Assembly (NCBI GenBank): GCA_028534125.1
Contig: CM052817.1
Coordinates: 99,202,001-99,266,000, forward strand
From: Lama glama
Taxonomy: Eukaryota
Direction: 5' to 3'
Length of the DNA stretch: 64,000 bases
Each line of letters opens with the position of its first letter. Position 1 is the first letter of the stretch. Shown one piece after another: positions 38,621 through 51,292 of the stretch. The position numbers and the translations under genes are program-made. The notes beneath the pieces are model-generated. The model had not been told where the DNA came from. It did no database searches and saw only the letters and a list, made by a program, of their open reading frames with translations.

Positions 38621-39957
38621 CCCATCTGAATCAAATCAGTTTAATCTCTTGCATTACACAGTGTTTTAGAAGTATTTTTCCTCTTCTTAATTTCACATTT
38701 TCCCCTTCCTCATTCTCTCTCATTCATACACAGAAGAACCCATATAACACCGCTAAAAATTCAAAAAAATAGAATGAGCTACAATCTCAACCCGGAGTTA
38801 CAAAGGACCTTCTCCATAATCAATTAGAAAGGACTCTAAAGAAATAGGTTCCAGGTTAGGATGGTAGGTTGAAATGGCAATTAAAAAATCTTTTTCTTCG
38901 TTCAACTTCTAAAACAATAGCAAAGAAAACTTTTTCAAACAAAAAGGCTAACACAAATAGCCAACAAAAGAAATATAAAGCGCTGAACATTAAATCATTA
39001 GTTGCCACGGGGAAAATAAACTATGGGAAACAGAACTAAGGGTGCAGTAAAGCTCAGTTCTTAACCATGTTCCCATGTGCCCGAAGCAAAGAGGGTAAAC
39101 TGACAGCATGCTGAGAATTTTCCTTAATGCCTACATACATGGAGAGAGACAAACCGAGCAGGTATTGTTAGCTCTTGCTTCTCCTAATTGAAAATTCTAG
39201 AAAAGCCTCCAGTGCAAAAACTGGTGTAACAAGGAAGTGGAAAATAGGGCTGACTACCCAGGACAGAAGCGGACTCCAGACTACCTTCTGAAATGACAGC
39301 TAATGATTCAAAGACTAAGCACATTTCTCCCTGATGAGAACTGTCAACAGTTCTAAATAAACAAGAAAATTGGTAGAAAATACTTAACATAATGTTTTAA
39401 GAGAAAGCAAGACTTAGGTGTTCTAAGAAAGCCTGCTCACCTGTCTCAAAGATCACTCTCCCTCTTTTCATGATAGGCTAACAATATTAGACAAAAATCA
39501 AATTTTAAAAATCAAACTGTAGCTCAGTGAGGGAAAAAATTAGCTTTATAGACAGTAAGGAGGAAGGAAGGAGTCACGAAGATATTCTGTCTAAGTCAAA
39601 CAGTAGCTATGTAAATATACATCAATAATGAATGAATTAAAAAAAGACAAATGATAAAATTTTTAAATAAAACTGGAAGATTCTATACAAAAGACAACCT
39701 TGTAAGAATATAACAAAAAATGAAAGGAAATTCCTCATGATTATTTTCTAACAACACAACAAAAATACAACTCAAAACCAGAAAAAAACGTAAAAGTCAA
39801 AATAAGTGAAAAACAAAGAGAGAGGCTGAAGATCTAAATAGACAAAATGAAGAAAAAACAATTACAGGCAAATTACAAACGTCAGTGACAAAATATTAAA
39901 AATTTAATTACTCATAGCTATGAAACAAAGAAAGCAAAGTAATTAAGAAATAACTAA

Positions 39958-40765
39958 GAGTTTCCTCCAGATATATGCCCAGGAGTGGAATTAGTGGATC
40001 ATATAGTAAGTCTATATTAAGTTTTTTAAAGAGTCTCCATACTGTTTTCCATAATGACTGCACCAAACTACATCCCAAACAGTGTAGGAGGGTTCCCTTT
40101 TCTCCACACCCTCTCCAGCATTTATCATTTGTGGACTTCTTAATGATGGCCATTCTGACTGGTGTGAGGTGATACCTTACTGTAGTTCTGATTTGCATCT
40201 ATCTGATCATTAGCGATCTTGAAAAATTGCTAATTTTTTTATGTGCCTATTGGCCATTTGTATGTCTTCACTAGAGAAATGTTTGTTCAGATCTTCTGTG
40301 CATTTTTGGATTGGGCTGTTTGATTTTTATTATTGAGTTGTATGAGCTCTTTGTATATTCTGGAAATTAAGCCCTTGTCAGTCATATCATTTGAAAATAT
40401 TTTCTCCCATTCCATAGGTTGTCTTTCCATTTTGTATATACTTTCTTCTGCTTTGCAAAAGTTTGTTAAGTTTAATTAGGTTCCATTTGTTTGTTTTTGT
40501 TTTTATTTCTGTTGCCTTAGTAGAGTGCCCTAGCAGAATATTGATAGGAAAAGTTTATATCAGAGAATGTTTTGTCTATATTCTCTCCCAGGGGTTTAGA
40601 ATGTCTTGTCTTATGCTTAAGTCTTTAAGCCATTTTGAGTTTATTTTTGTGTATGGTGTGAGGGAGTACTCTAACTTCACTGATTTATAGGCGACTGTCC
40701 AGCTTTAACACCACCACTTGTCAAAGTGACTATCTTTTCTCCATTGCATATTTTTTCCTCCTTTT
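39958..40765 (-). mobile_element. Relatively young L1 ORF2 internal fragment, no 3'UTR or poly-A
   Basis: ORF 39908-40198 (-) reads [40 protein letters not shown]..., the L1 ORF2 C-terminal region. Confidence 0.9.
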
Positions 40766-40950
40766 TCTCCAGACTTTCATTAGGGCTGGATGCTAAAATT
40801 TATTATATGCTTTTTTCCTACATTTATTGATTGATAGCTTCACATGACTTTTCCCATTTTTAATTTATTGATATAATTTATTCTGTAAAAGGATATCTTA
40901 ATATTAAACCATCTTTGGAGTCCATGAATCAATTCTAAATGATCACACTA

Positions 40951-41144
40951 TACAGCTGACCCTTTAACAACACGTGGGTTGATTCACATATAATTTATAG
41001 TCAGCCCTTCATATCCAAGATTCTTCCACATCTGCAGTTTCACCCGACTGCGGACTGCAGTACTGTAGTATTTACTACCGAAAACTATCAGTAGATAAGC
41101 AGACCCACACAGTTTAAACTTGTGTCTGTCAAGAGTCAATTGTA
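40951..41144. mobile_element. MER8/Tigger2-type MITE
   Basis: TIRs 'tacagctgaccctttaacaacac' and 'gtctgtcaagagtcaattgta'. Confidence 0.75.
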
Positions 41145-42827
41145 TAATTCTTTAATTATATTATTGGATTATGTTGGTTAGAATTTTAGTTAGAATTTTG
41201 TCCAACATTCTTAAGTGAAGTTAGTCTTGTATGGTTTTATTTCTCCAGTATCTTTTTCATGTCATCTTGATGGTTGTATAAAATGTACTTGGGGAGGTTT
41301 TCATCCTTTCGAATGTAACAAAAAAAAAAACCCAAAACAGCAGTAGTTGAATGCTCAGCTCTCCATATGTTATAAAGAACCCAGATGGTGCTTTTTAATT
41401 TTTTCCCATTCTTAGCAAATGTTCCTGTCAAAGTTTCTAATTCACCATACATGTGACCTTTACAACTTATATAGATACAACACCATTAATTTATCCTATG
41501 AAATCACATTAGTTACACATGTTCACGTGCAACTGCTGAGACAAGACCTAGTCTCAGGATGAGTCTGTCACTTGGTCCCACTGTGCGGATCCAAGAAGAA
41601 AGCTGTATGCTCCCTCACTCCCTCAGCTACAAATATTACATGTTTCCAAACTTCAAGGGAAAAGAAACTTCACACCTCTGTTCAGCTTCTCTCTAGAAAC
41701 CTAGAAGCTCTTATCTCTACCAAAGGGGTTTTCATTTCCAGATAAGTAGCTCTGTCTTACCTAGAGACAGCAAATGTTCTTCACTAAATTATGAGAAAAC
41801 TATCAGAGCCAAGGCTACAGACTTGTACTATCTTCCCAGAATCCCCCATGATTACTTTACAAAATAATTTTTAATTTTTTTGATGATACACATTACTTAG
41901 ACCATGCTGCCATTTTACCTACAGTTTCCCATGCTTACCACTAAAAAATGGTAACTTCCTCCAACCATTCATATGTTTAACCTACCTCAAATTCCGCATG
42001 TCTGTGAATATCCTCTGCTCGCTGCCTGCTCAGGATAAATTCAGCTTCATTTGCTACTCTTACCAGATGATCCTTCATTGTTTGGCTAAGCAACCTATAA
42101 AGAGATGAATATTGTCAAATAAATGTATGTATACCCACAACACATATGATTATTCATTGCTCAAAGGTGGTGTATTTTCTTATTTGGGGGGAGGAAAGAA
42201 TCTTTGCTCTCCTTTTCTGATGTCATGCCCAATGAAGGACCATTATTTCACACCAAATAATTGCAGAATATAACAGCAAATAGTTATCCTTCTGGGAACA
42301 GCTGATAGGCTTTTATCAAACTAACCAACAAAAGCAACTAAAAATGCTAGAAAAAATTGGTGTTTTCAACTTTTTTAAGGGATTAGAGAGTTTCCAGGAT
42401 AGTCAAGATTTAAGGTACCAAGATCCTAGAGAAGATGTTTGAGCATGACTTTTCCCACTGAAGCATTTACTACTCACAGGTAGGAATAGAAACATTAAAT
42501 GGAGATATTATCAATCTTAAAGAACTAGAGAGACAAAAATTGAAGTTTATAAACTGTCAAGGTGAAGAGATCCTAGTAGATTACCCAGGCTTACAGAAGA
42601 GACCCAAGCATACCCCAGGAAACAGAAAACACTAAAACAGACCTTCACATAACATTATGGTGATTTGTACTTAGATTAACTGGCAGCCAAAAAGCTAAAC
42701 AAAATTTTCAGAATGTCACAGTGTGAGGAAGGGGGGGAAAAAAAAGAAACAGAAATAACAATGCAGGAGAGCCATGGTAAAATAAAATCTCAGGTTCTCA
42801 GAAGACATAAATGGGCTTACATGGTAG

Positions 42828-43455
42828 TGAGACAGGAGGGAAGGGGGCAGGGCACAGCCGTTCAAGAAATGACAGCAATTAACACCAAGATGGCAGAAGA
42901 TTCAACTCCCAGTAGGCCTTGAGGATTAAGATGGTAGGAGATTTGACTTTCAGCAACCTTGAGCTTCATATGCTCATTGTAACATTAGCATGATAAATAA
43001 CATGCCCAACAGGTGCCCTGACAGTTCCAAGGCTAACTATAGAAGGTTAGAGTGGGTGGTGGCCAAATTCCTGGGAATCCCAGCCCCTTCCTCGGGGTAA
43101 CTGGAATAGTCCTCCCACTTGTAGGTGTGGAGCTACTGAGCTCATAAAAACTGGCAACACCACGCCTCATGGCCACCCTTTTTCATTCCCTCCTCTTCAG
43201 AGATGGCCCACACTCTGTCCATGGAGTGTGTACCTATTTTAACTTTAACCGGAGCACCCAACCTCCACACCTCTTCCTTTGCCTTTCTCTTGCCTTACAC
43301 TGTAAATAAATCTACCTTTACTCAATGGTGGCTCGCTCTTGAATTCTTTCCAGCACAATGCCAAGGACCTACACTTGGCGAGGCACATCCCAGGGACTCA
43401 AAGGAGACCTGGGACACAGCCCTTCATACACCCCACATCCATTTTTCCTGCATTA
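42828..43455 (+). mobile_element. MER41-like ERV1 solo LTR
   Basis: Starts TG; 4-bp TSD gtag (42824-42827 and 43456-43459); TATA-like cataaaaa at 43143; AATAAA at 43305; 'ctcgctcttgaattctttcc...ccaagga' is typical of MER41-group U5. Confidence 0.8.
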
Positions 43456-44162
43456 GTAGGAGTAGACGAACTGGAAATAGGGCCAACTCTCAGAAAGATT
43501 TTAACAGTTCCAAATTTGAACCATTCAGTCTTAAATTAACATAATCAGCACCCAATCTAACTGCTAATCAAAAATCAAAAGGAAATCCTCTCTAGAAGAA
43601 GATATTACCATCTAGAGACTTTAAAATATAATTTCCTGCAATTGTAAATACAATTTCAAACATTCAATCATCAATGAACAAGTAAAAACAAGAGCCAACA
43701 CCAAGTGAATGAAAACCATATAGAAGCCAACACACAGAAAAATCAAAATACTAACATTTCATATCCAAATATTGAAATAAATGAGATTACTGTTGAGAAC
43801 AATAAATTCTACAAAAAGAATTTCAGTACAGAATGGAAACTATAGAACTACTGAACAAAACAAACATGAAATTAAGAATAGATTTACCAGCTTATTAAAC
43901 TCAGGTGAAGAAGGACTACTTAACTGAAAGAGGGGTCAATGACAACTAAACAGAAGCTTGATAAAGAAAAATTATGAAAACTGACAAAATAACTAAGACA
44001 TACAGGACATGGTAAAAAGACCTAATATGAGTATATTTGGAGTAAAGAAAGAAAGTAGGCAAGTAATTAAGACAGAACAATATCTGAAAAGAGAACGACC
44101 AACACTTTTTGAAAATTGGAGAAAAAAACACTGAGCCATATGCTGAAGTAGTACAAACTCCA

Positions 44163-44263
44163 AGAAGGAAGGAAGGAAGGAAGGAAGGAAAATGGAAAGG
44201 AAAGGAAAGGGAAGGGGAGGGGAGGGGAGGGGAGGGAAGGGGAGGGGAGGGAAGACGAGACGA
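44163..44263. repeat. GGAA/GGGGA purine-rich simple repeat
   Basis: Directly visible. It explains the low-complexity ORF 44109-44369. Confidence 0.95.
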
Positions 44264-44512
44264 GACTACACCTAGTTATACCAGAGTAAAACTGTCACAG
44301 GGAAAAAATTTTAATAGCAGCCAGTGGGAGGGAGAAAGTAGAAGAGGTAAGGACACCTTCTTGCCTTAAAGTAAGAATAAGACTGATAAAACTGATAGAA
44401 GCCAGATAAGAATGGAACTACTTCTTCAAAGTACTAAACAAAAACAGCAGCTAAGATTATACCCCAAAATTATCTTTCAATAAAGAAAGTGAAAGTATCT
44501 AGAATATATCAG

Positions 44513-45372
44513 TGTGAAAAATCTTTTGCTGAACTCCTCTTATCTCCCTAAAAGGAGACTAACCCAAAAGAATTCAACTGTCATAAATCCACTTGTTTTT
44601 TAAATTGAAGTATGTAATCAGTTTACAAGGTTACATCAATTTCTGGTGCACAGTATCATGTTTCAGTCATACATATATTCCTTCTCATTTTCTTTTTTAT
44701 AAGATACTGAATATAGTTCTCTGTGCTATACACCGTAAACTTCTTGTTTATCTATTTTATATTTAGTAGTCAGTATCTGCAAATCTCAAACTCCCAATTT
44801 ATCCCTTCCCACCCCCTTTCTCCTCCTGGTAACCATAAGTTTGTTTTCTATGTCTCTGAGTCTATTTGTTTTGTAAATAAGTTCATTTGTCTTTTTTTTT
44901 TAGATTCCACATATAAGTGGTATCATATGGTATTTTTCTTTCTCTTTCTGGTTTACTTCATTTAGAATGACAATCTCCAGGTCCTCTCTACTGAAGTTTC
45001 ACAAGGAGAAAAGGCTGACTCCTATAACCTGCAGACTAGAAGTCAGCACTAGGATAAGAAACTGCCTAAAGGGACATCGTCACAAAACTATCTTATCTCC
45101 CATCTATTCTCCTAAAGGTCCATTTATCTTTCCTAAAAGTCATTTGTTTTCCAATAAGGGCCCTTCTCCCTTCCCTCTACCCTATTAAGATGCTGATATA
45201 AAGCCTCAAATTCTAATCATTTCCTTGAGTCACATTTTTATGTGAACTCTCTTGAACATCCATTTGAATTTTTAAAAATCTATCTTTTCTTGTGACAATT
45301 TGTCTTTTATCACTTTGATTCACAGACCTTCAATAGAAGAACCTAAGTAGGTAGAGAAAAAGTTTTTCATCA
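44513..45372 (+). mobile_element. MER34-like ERV1 LTR interrupted by an L1 3' end
   Basis: 3' part 'tttgtcttttatcactttgattcacagacc...gaacctaagtaggtagagaaaaagttttt' resembles MER34-group LTR ends. Confidence 0.6.
44596..44984 (-). mobile_element. L1 3' end (artiodactyl-type)
   Basis: T-rich start 'ttttttaaattgaagtat', then 'gattccacatataagtggtatcatatggtatttttctttctc...acttcatttagaatgacaatctccagg'. Confidence 0.85.
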
Positions 45373-46213
45373 GGCCAAAGCAAAATAAGGACATTTAATG
45401 ACCAACAAAAGAGAATTTGTCCTTAGACAACCAGATTATAGACAATTCTTCAGACAGAGAGAAAGTAATATCAGATTGATGCAAGATAAGAAAGTAAAAC
45501 ACAAAGCAACAGAAACCTTAACTACGTGGGCAAATCTAAAAGAACAGTGAATGTTTACAACTATTATAATAATGAATTCTAAAATCCACAAATATTGTAA
45601 TCACAAAACAAATAATAACAGCACTCAAGGCAAGAAAAAAAAAAAGGAATTAGTGTTCTATTGTCCAAGAATTGGTGAAAGAACCAATTCATATAAGATA
45701 TTAACAATACTAACATTCATGTTGCATTATGAAATACAATGAAAAGTGAAGAGGATAATATAATTATTGTCAATTAGATTTTTTTTAAGTATGTGCTGCT
45801 TATAAGTGACAATTTCAACATAAGGCTGCACAAAAGTTGAAAGTAATTTTTCAGAAAAGATGAACAAAAAATGTCAAAGACAACTAATGAACCTTTATTA
45901 ATATAATAAAAAGTTAGCTTTAAGAAGCAAAATTGGAGATAAAGAGACAAACATTTCAAATTCTAATATAAATGAACCAGAGAGATAAAAATTCAGAATT
46001 TTGAGATTCTGTATTTGTATATTCCTAACAATATGGCTTACAACCAATAATAGAAGATACAAAGCTACAGGAAATTTCAGCAATGTGATCACAAACCTGA
46101 TCCAATTGACACATATATAACACTATGTCCTCCAACTAAGGAATAAACATTAATTTCGGGTAAATATGGAACATACACACACAAAAAAGGACAAGATGTA
46201 CAGTCATAATAAA

Positions 46214-46672
46214 ATGGTGCCCAACTTTCTCAACCTTCTGGAATGCACAGCCTTATGTAATCCTCTCCCTGAGATTGTGGAGAGGAGCTATGGCATGCCT
46301 CTAAGCAATAAATTATTACATTCAATAAGATTCTAACTTCCATCTTGCTAGCAGACTCTCTACTGACTCCCTCCCTTGATGGCTCATCAGAAGAAAGATA
46401 CCATCTTATGAGCTGCCCTAAGGAGGGGCCCATGTGGCAAGGTGCTGAGTGCAGCCTCTAGACCTCAAAAACAACCAGGTAAACTTGGAAGCTGATACTC
46501 CACTAGTCAAACTACAAAGCCCCACAAACACCTTGCAAGAGACCCTGAAGCAGAGGGCCCAGTGAGGCCACGCCCAGAATACTGACCAAACAGAAATTGT
46601 GAGATAATAAATGTGTGTTGTTATAAGGCTAAATTGTGATACTCTTGTTAAAACAGCAATAAATAACTAATA
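46214..46672 (+). mobile_element. MLT1 (ERVL-MaLR) LTR
   Basis: 'gaaattgtgagataataaatgtgtgttgtt...cagcaataaataactaatac' is the MLT1 3' terminus. Confidence 0.8.
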
Positions 46673-47411
46673 CCACTTCCCCTCACTTGTGTTTGAAAAT
46701 TAAGAAGTTCTCTTCTAAATAGTCCATGCATTAAAAACAAACACATGACAATGGAATTTAGAAAATGTTTTGAGCTAAAACCTAATGAAAGCAACATGTC
46801 AAAACATATGGGATTTAACTAAATCAATGCATGAAGGGAAATTTATATACTGAATAAATGCATTAAAGAAGAAACTCCAAAAATAAATTACCTAGGTGTT
46901 CAACTAAAGAAATGAGAAGAGGATCACAGAAATCGAAAAGCACTGAAAGTAAAATAATAGAAATAAGAGCAGAAACTAATTAAATACAAAAGAAAAATAC
47001 GCTTCAGAAGATAAAGTTAAAACTTGATTTTTTAAAAAAACTAATAGAATCCAAAAGAATACATAAACAATTAAAATTAACAATTGAATTAGCAAGGTCA
47101 CTAGATTGAAGGTAAATACACAAAAATCAACTAGACTTTAACAGTTACCAACAAACTGAAATAATTTATAAGTAATATTTTGAAAAGTATTTTTAAAAAC
47201 ATCAAAATATGTAGGAATAACTAATTAAAATGTGCTAGAATTCTACATGTAAACAAAATGAATGCTGAGAGAAGTTAAGGAAGACTTAAAGAAATGAAAG
47301 GACCATGCTATGTTTATGTAAGTGAAAAAACTCAATACTGTAAAGATATCAGTTCTCCACTAAGTGATTTATAAAGATAATGAATCTCAATCAAAATCTT
47401 AGCAAATGTTT

Positions 47412-47595
47412 GGGGGAAGGTACAGCTCAGGGGTAAAGTGCCTACTTAGCATGCACTTTGTCCTGGGTTCAATATCCAGTACCTCCCTTTAAAGTAGTAA
47501 GTAAATAAACAGATAAACAAACAAACAAACCTAATCACCTCCCCCAACAAAAACAAAACAAAAAAGCCATCAATAAATTAAAAAAAAAAAAAGAA
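47412..47595 (+). mobile_element. Camelid tRNA-derived SINE (Vic-1-like)
   Basis: gggggaaggtacagctcaggggtaaagtgcctacttagcatgcac...ctgggttcaat plus an A-rich tail. Confidence 0.88.
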
Positions 47596-47746
47596 ATTTT
47601 ACCAAGTGTCTCTGTGCAATTTGGCAAGTTGACTATAAAAGTTATATGAATATGTAAAGAACAAGAATACCTGAGACACTCTTGAAAAACGGAAAAGAGG
47701 AGAGATAATAACAATCATAATCATAACCATAATAGGAGTTATACTA

Positions 47747-47772
47747 TGTGTGTGTGCGTGTGTGTGTGTGTG
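47747..47772. repeat. (TG)n microsatellite
   Basis: Directly visible. Confidence 0.95.
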
Positions 47773-48140
47773 TATACACACACATACAAATTTATTCATT
47801 TATCCATTCACCATATTTATGGCAAAAGCACTTCCATAATTATAAGAGGAGGATGGGATTTTTTTTTCAATAACTAGTCCTAGATCAATCAACTGATGTT
47901 CATATGGATAAAATTAGACCTGACTTCTATCTTAAACAATACCAACAAATCAATTCCAAATGGATCACAGACAAGACCTAAACACTCCTAGAAGATTATA
48001 TGAGTATCTTTGTGACAGGATGAAATAAAAGATTTCTTGTACAAAACATACAGTACACATACCATAAAGACTGATAAACTAGACCTTTAAAATTCAAGAC
48101 TTATACTTATGAAAACCAACATTAACAGAATTAAAAGACA

Positions 48141-48236
48141 GGGGAAGGGTAACAGCTCAGTGGCAGAGTGCATGCTTAGCATGCAAGAAGTCTTAGGTTC
48201 AATCCCTATTACCTCCATTAAAAAAAAAAGGTAAAG
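48141..48236 (+). mobile_element. Camelid tRNA-derived SINE, short form
   Basis: tRNA-Ala-like head followed directly by poly-A. TSD agaattaaaaga on both sides. Confidence 0.9.
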
Positions 48237-48506
48237 AGAATTAAAAGATAAACTTTAGAAAGGGAGAATATATTTGAAATATTTATACTCAATAAGAAAC
48301 TTATATCTGAAATGTATAAGAAACTCTTACAAATAAAGAAAAAGCAATAATCACAATAAACAAAAACCACCAAAGTACATGAGTAAGTAGTTTACAAAAG
48401 ATTTCTAGTTGGTGAATAAGTTCATGAAAAGGTGTTCAGGATTACTAATCATCAGGGAGATACAAACTAAAACCATAAAATATACTAAGACCCACCAGAA
48501 TCGCTA

Positions 48507-49956
48507 TTTTTTTTAACATTTTTTATTGAGTTGTAATCATTTTACAATGTTGTGTCAAATTCCAGCGTAGAGCACAATTTTTCATTTATACTTGAACATA
48601 CATATATTCATTGTCACTTTTTTTTTCTGTGAGCTACCACAAGATCTTGTATATATTTCCCTGTGCTATACAGTATAATCTTGTTTATCTATTCTGCATA
48701 AGCCTGTCAGTATCTACAAATTCTGAAATCACAGTCTGTCCCTTCCCACCTCCCACACCCTTGGCAACCACAAATTCGTATTCTATGTCTATGAGTCTGT
48801 TTCTGCTTTGTATTTATGTTCTTTTTTTTTATTTTTAAGATTCCACATATGAGCGATCTCATATGATATTTTTCTTTCTCTTTCTGGCTTACTTCACTTA
48901 GAATGATATTCTCCAGGGACATCCATGTTGCTGCAAATGGCATTATGTTGTCGGTTTTTATGGCCAAATAGTATTCCATTGTATAAATATACCACACCTT
49001 CTTTATCCAGTCATCTGTTGATCGACATTTAGGCTGTTTCCATGTCTTGGCTATTGTAAATAGTGCTGCTATGAACATTGGGGTGGAGGTGTTTTTTTTG
49101 AAGTAGGATTCCTTCTGGATATATCACCAGGAGTGGGATTCCTGGGTCATATGATAAGTCTATTCCTAGTCTTCTGAGGAGTCTCTGAACAGAAAAGAGA
49201 GCCCAGAAATGAACCCACAAACTTTTGGTCAACTAATCTTCAATGAAGGAGGCAAGAATATACAATGGAATAAAGACAATCTCTCCAGCAAATGGTGTTG
49301 GGAAAACTGGACAGCAGCGTGTAAATCAATGAAGCTAGAAAACTCCCTTACATCATGCACAAAAATAAACTCAAAATGGATCAAAGACTTAAACATAAGA
49401 CAAGATACAATAAACCTCCTAGAAGAAAATACAGGCAAAACATTATCTGACATACATCTCAAATATGCTCTACTAGGGAAGTCTACCCAAGCAATAGGAA
49501 AAAAAGCAAGAATAAACAAATGGGACCTAATTAAACTTACAAGCTTCTGCACAGCAAAGGAAACTATAAGTAAAACAAAATGACAACCTACGGAATGGGG
49601 GAAAATTTTTGCAAATGATGAAACCGACAAAGGCTTGATCTCCAGAATATATAAGCAGCTCATATGACTTTATAAGAAAAAAACCAACAACCCAATCCAA
49701 AAATGGGCAGAAGACCTAAACAAGCAATTCTGCAAGGAAGAAATACAAATGATCAACAGGCACATGAAAAAATGCTCAATATCACTAATTATCAGAGAAA
49801 TGCAAATCAAAACTACAATGAGGTATCACCTCACACCAGTCACATTGGCCATCATTCAAAAGTCCACAAATGACAAACGCTGGAGAGGCTGTGGAGAAAA
49901 GGGAACCCTCCTACACTGCTCCTGGGAATGCAGTTTGGTGCAGCCACTGTGGAAAA
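48507..49956 (-). mobile_element. Young L1 with 5' inversion (twin priming)
   Basis: 48507 to about 49185 is the L1 3' end on minus with poly-A. About 49186-49956 is the adjacent upstream ORF2 segment on plus. TSD cagaatc(g/a)cta at 48496-48506 and 49957-49967. Confidence 0.92.
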
Positions 49957-51067
49957 CAGAATCACTATATTTAAAAAACCGATATTATCAAAATTTGCCA
50001 AGGATATGAAGCAACAGCGACTCTCATAAACACAAAACATATTTAAAAGAATGTAGCTATTTTATTTATAGTAGCCAAACACTCACAAATACCCAAATGC
50101 CTATGTAAAATAAAATAAATTTTTAAACGGTGGAATATTCATAGATTTAAAAGAAATAACGAATGTTATGTATAACAAAATTATTTTCACGAACAGTGTT
50201 GAGCAATTGCACACTAAAGAATATATACTGTATTAATCATCTTGTAAAAAAAAAAAAACTTCTAACTAATTTATGGTAATAGAAGTCAAGAGTTTAAGAG
50301 ATGATTAACTTTGGTGCTACTAAAGACCTCTCCATAAAAAGATTCATGTGGAATGTTAGTAATGATCATACAGTTCTAAACCTTGCAATAACATACTCTG
50401 AATTTATAAACATTTGACCCATTCTGCTGAATGCTTCCACAACACTATTCACCTACCATAAATACCAAAAGAATGATTCATTTATATAAATAGGAGGCTT
50501 CTGGGTATGTTTGCTATGTATAGGTCTTCTAAAACTCCCTTCTTTAAAAAGAATTGGAAAGACAGGATATGCAGAGCTAGGATTATGTTTTGAATGTAAA
50601 TAGCAGGAGTGGCTAGACTGCAATGAGATTCTGACCAACTACAGAAGTTAAACCCAACAGTCATCAACAATGGCATGTCTGCGGACATTCCATGGGGTAC
50701 CTGATTCTCTTTGTAGCACCATCTCTATCAAAAATATGTTAAATATGTATAGATTTTGATACAAAACAATCATTACACTCCTAGTAACTTGCCATATGAA
50801 CATATTCTCACAAGGGCAGCAGAAACATATGTGTGTGTACAAACAAGTTCACTATAACACATTATAAAAGTGAAAAACTGAAAGAACCAAAATATAAAAT
50901 AATATAATGAGAGAGATTCCTCTGGATTAACAACAAAATTTTTCCACAATATATTATTGAGTGGCAAAGAGTTTTTGAAGAATATTATGTACAATATAAG
51001 TTTGGGGAAAAATATGAAAGAAAATATACCAAATTGCAAATTATCCAGAACAAGGTCAGAATTACTA

Positions 51068-51292
51068 GAACTATGGCATGGCAGCTAAATATAGCCTGCC
51101 AATTATTTTTGTTAACAAAGTTTTATTAGCACAAAGCCATGCCATGCCTATCTGTTCAACGAATGTCCATGGCTGTCATCACACCACAATACTACATTAA
51201 GTTGAGTGGTAGTGACAGAGACTACATGGCCCACAAAGTCTAAAATATTTACTATCTGGCCTTTTAAAAAAAGTGTGCCACTCACTTCTCTA
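51068..51292. mobile_element. MER58-like hAT element
   Basis: 'gacagagactacatggcccacaaagtctaaaatatttactatctggcctttt' is MER58A-type. Confidence 0.8.

Noticed and set aside
48611..50040. Cluster of 60-144 aa ORFs on both strands
   Set aside because: All are L1 ORF2/3'UTR fragments or their antisense, interrupted by stops. Not a functional retrotransposon.
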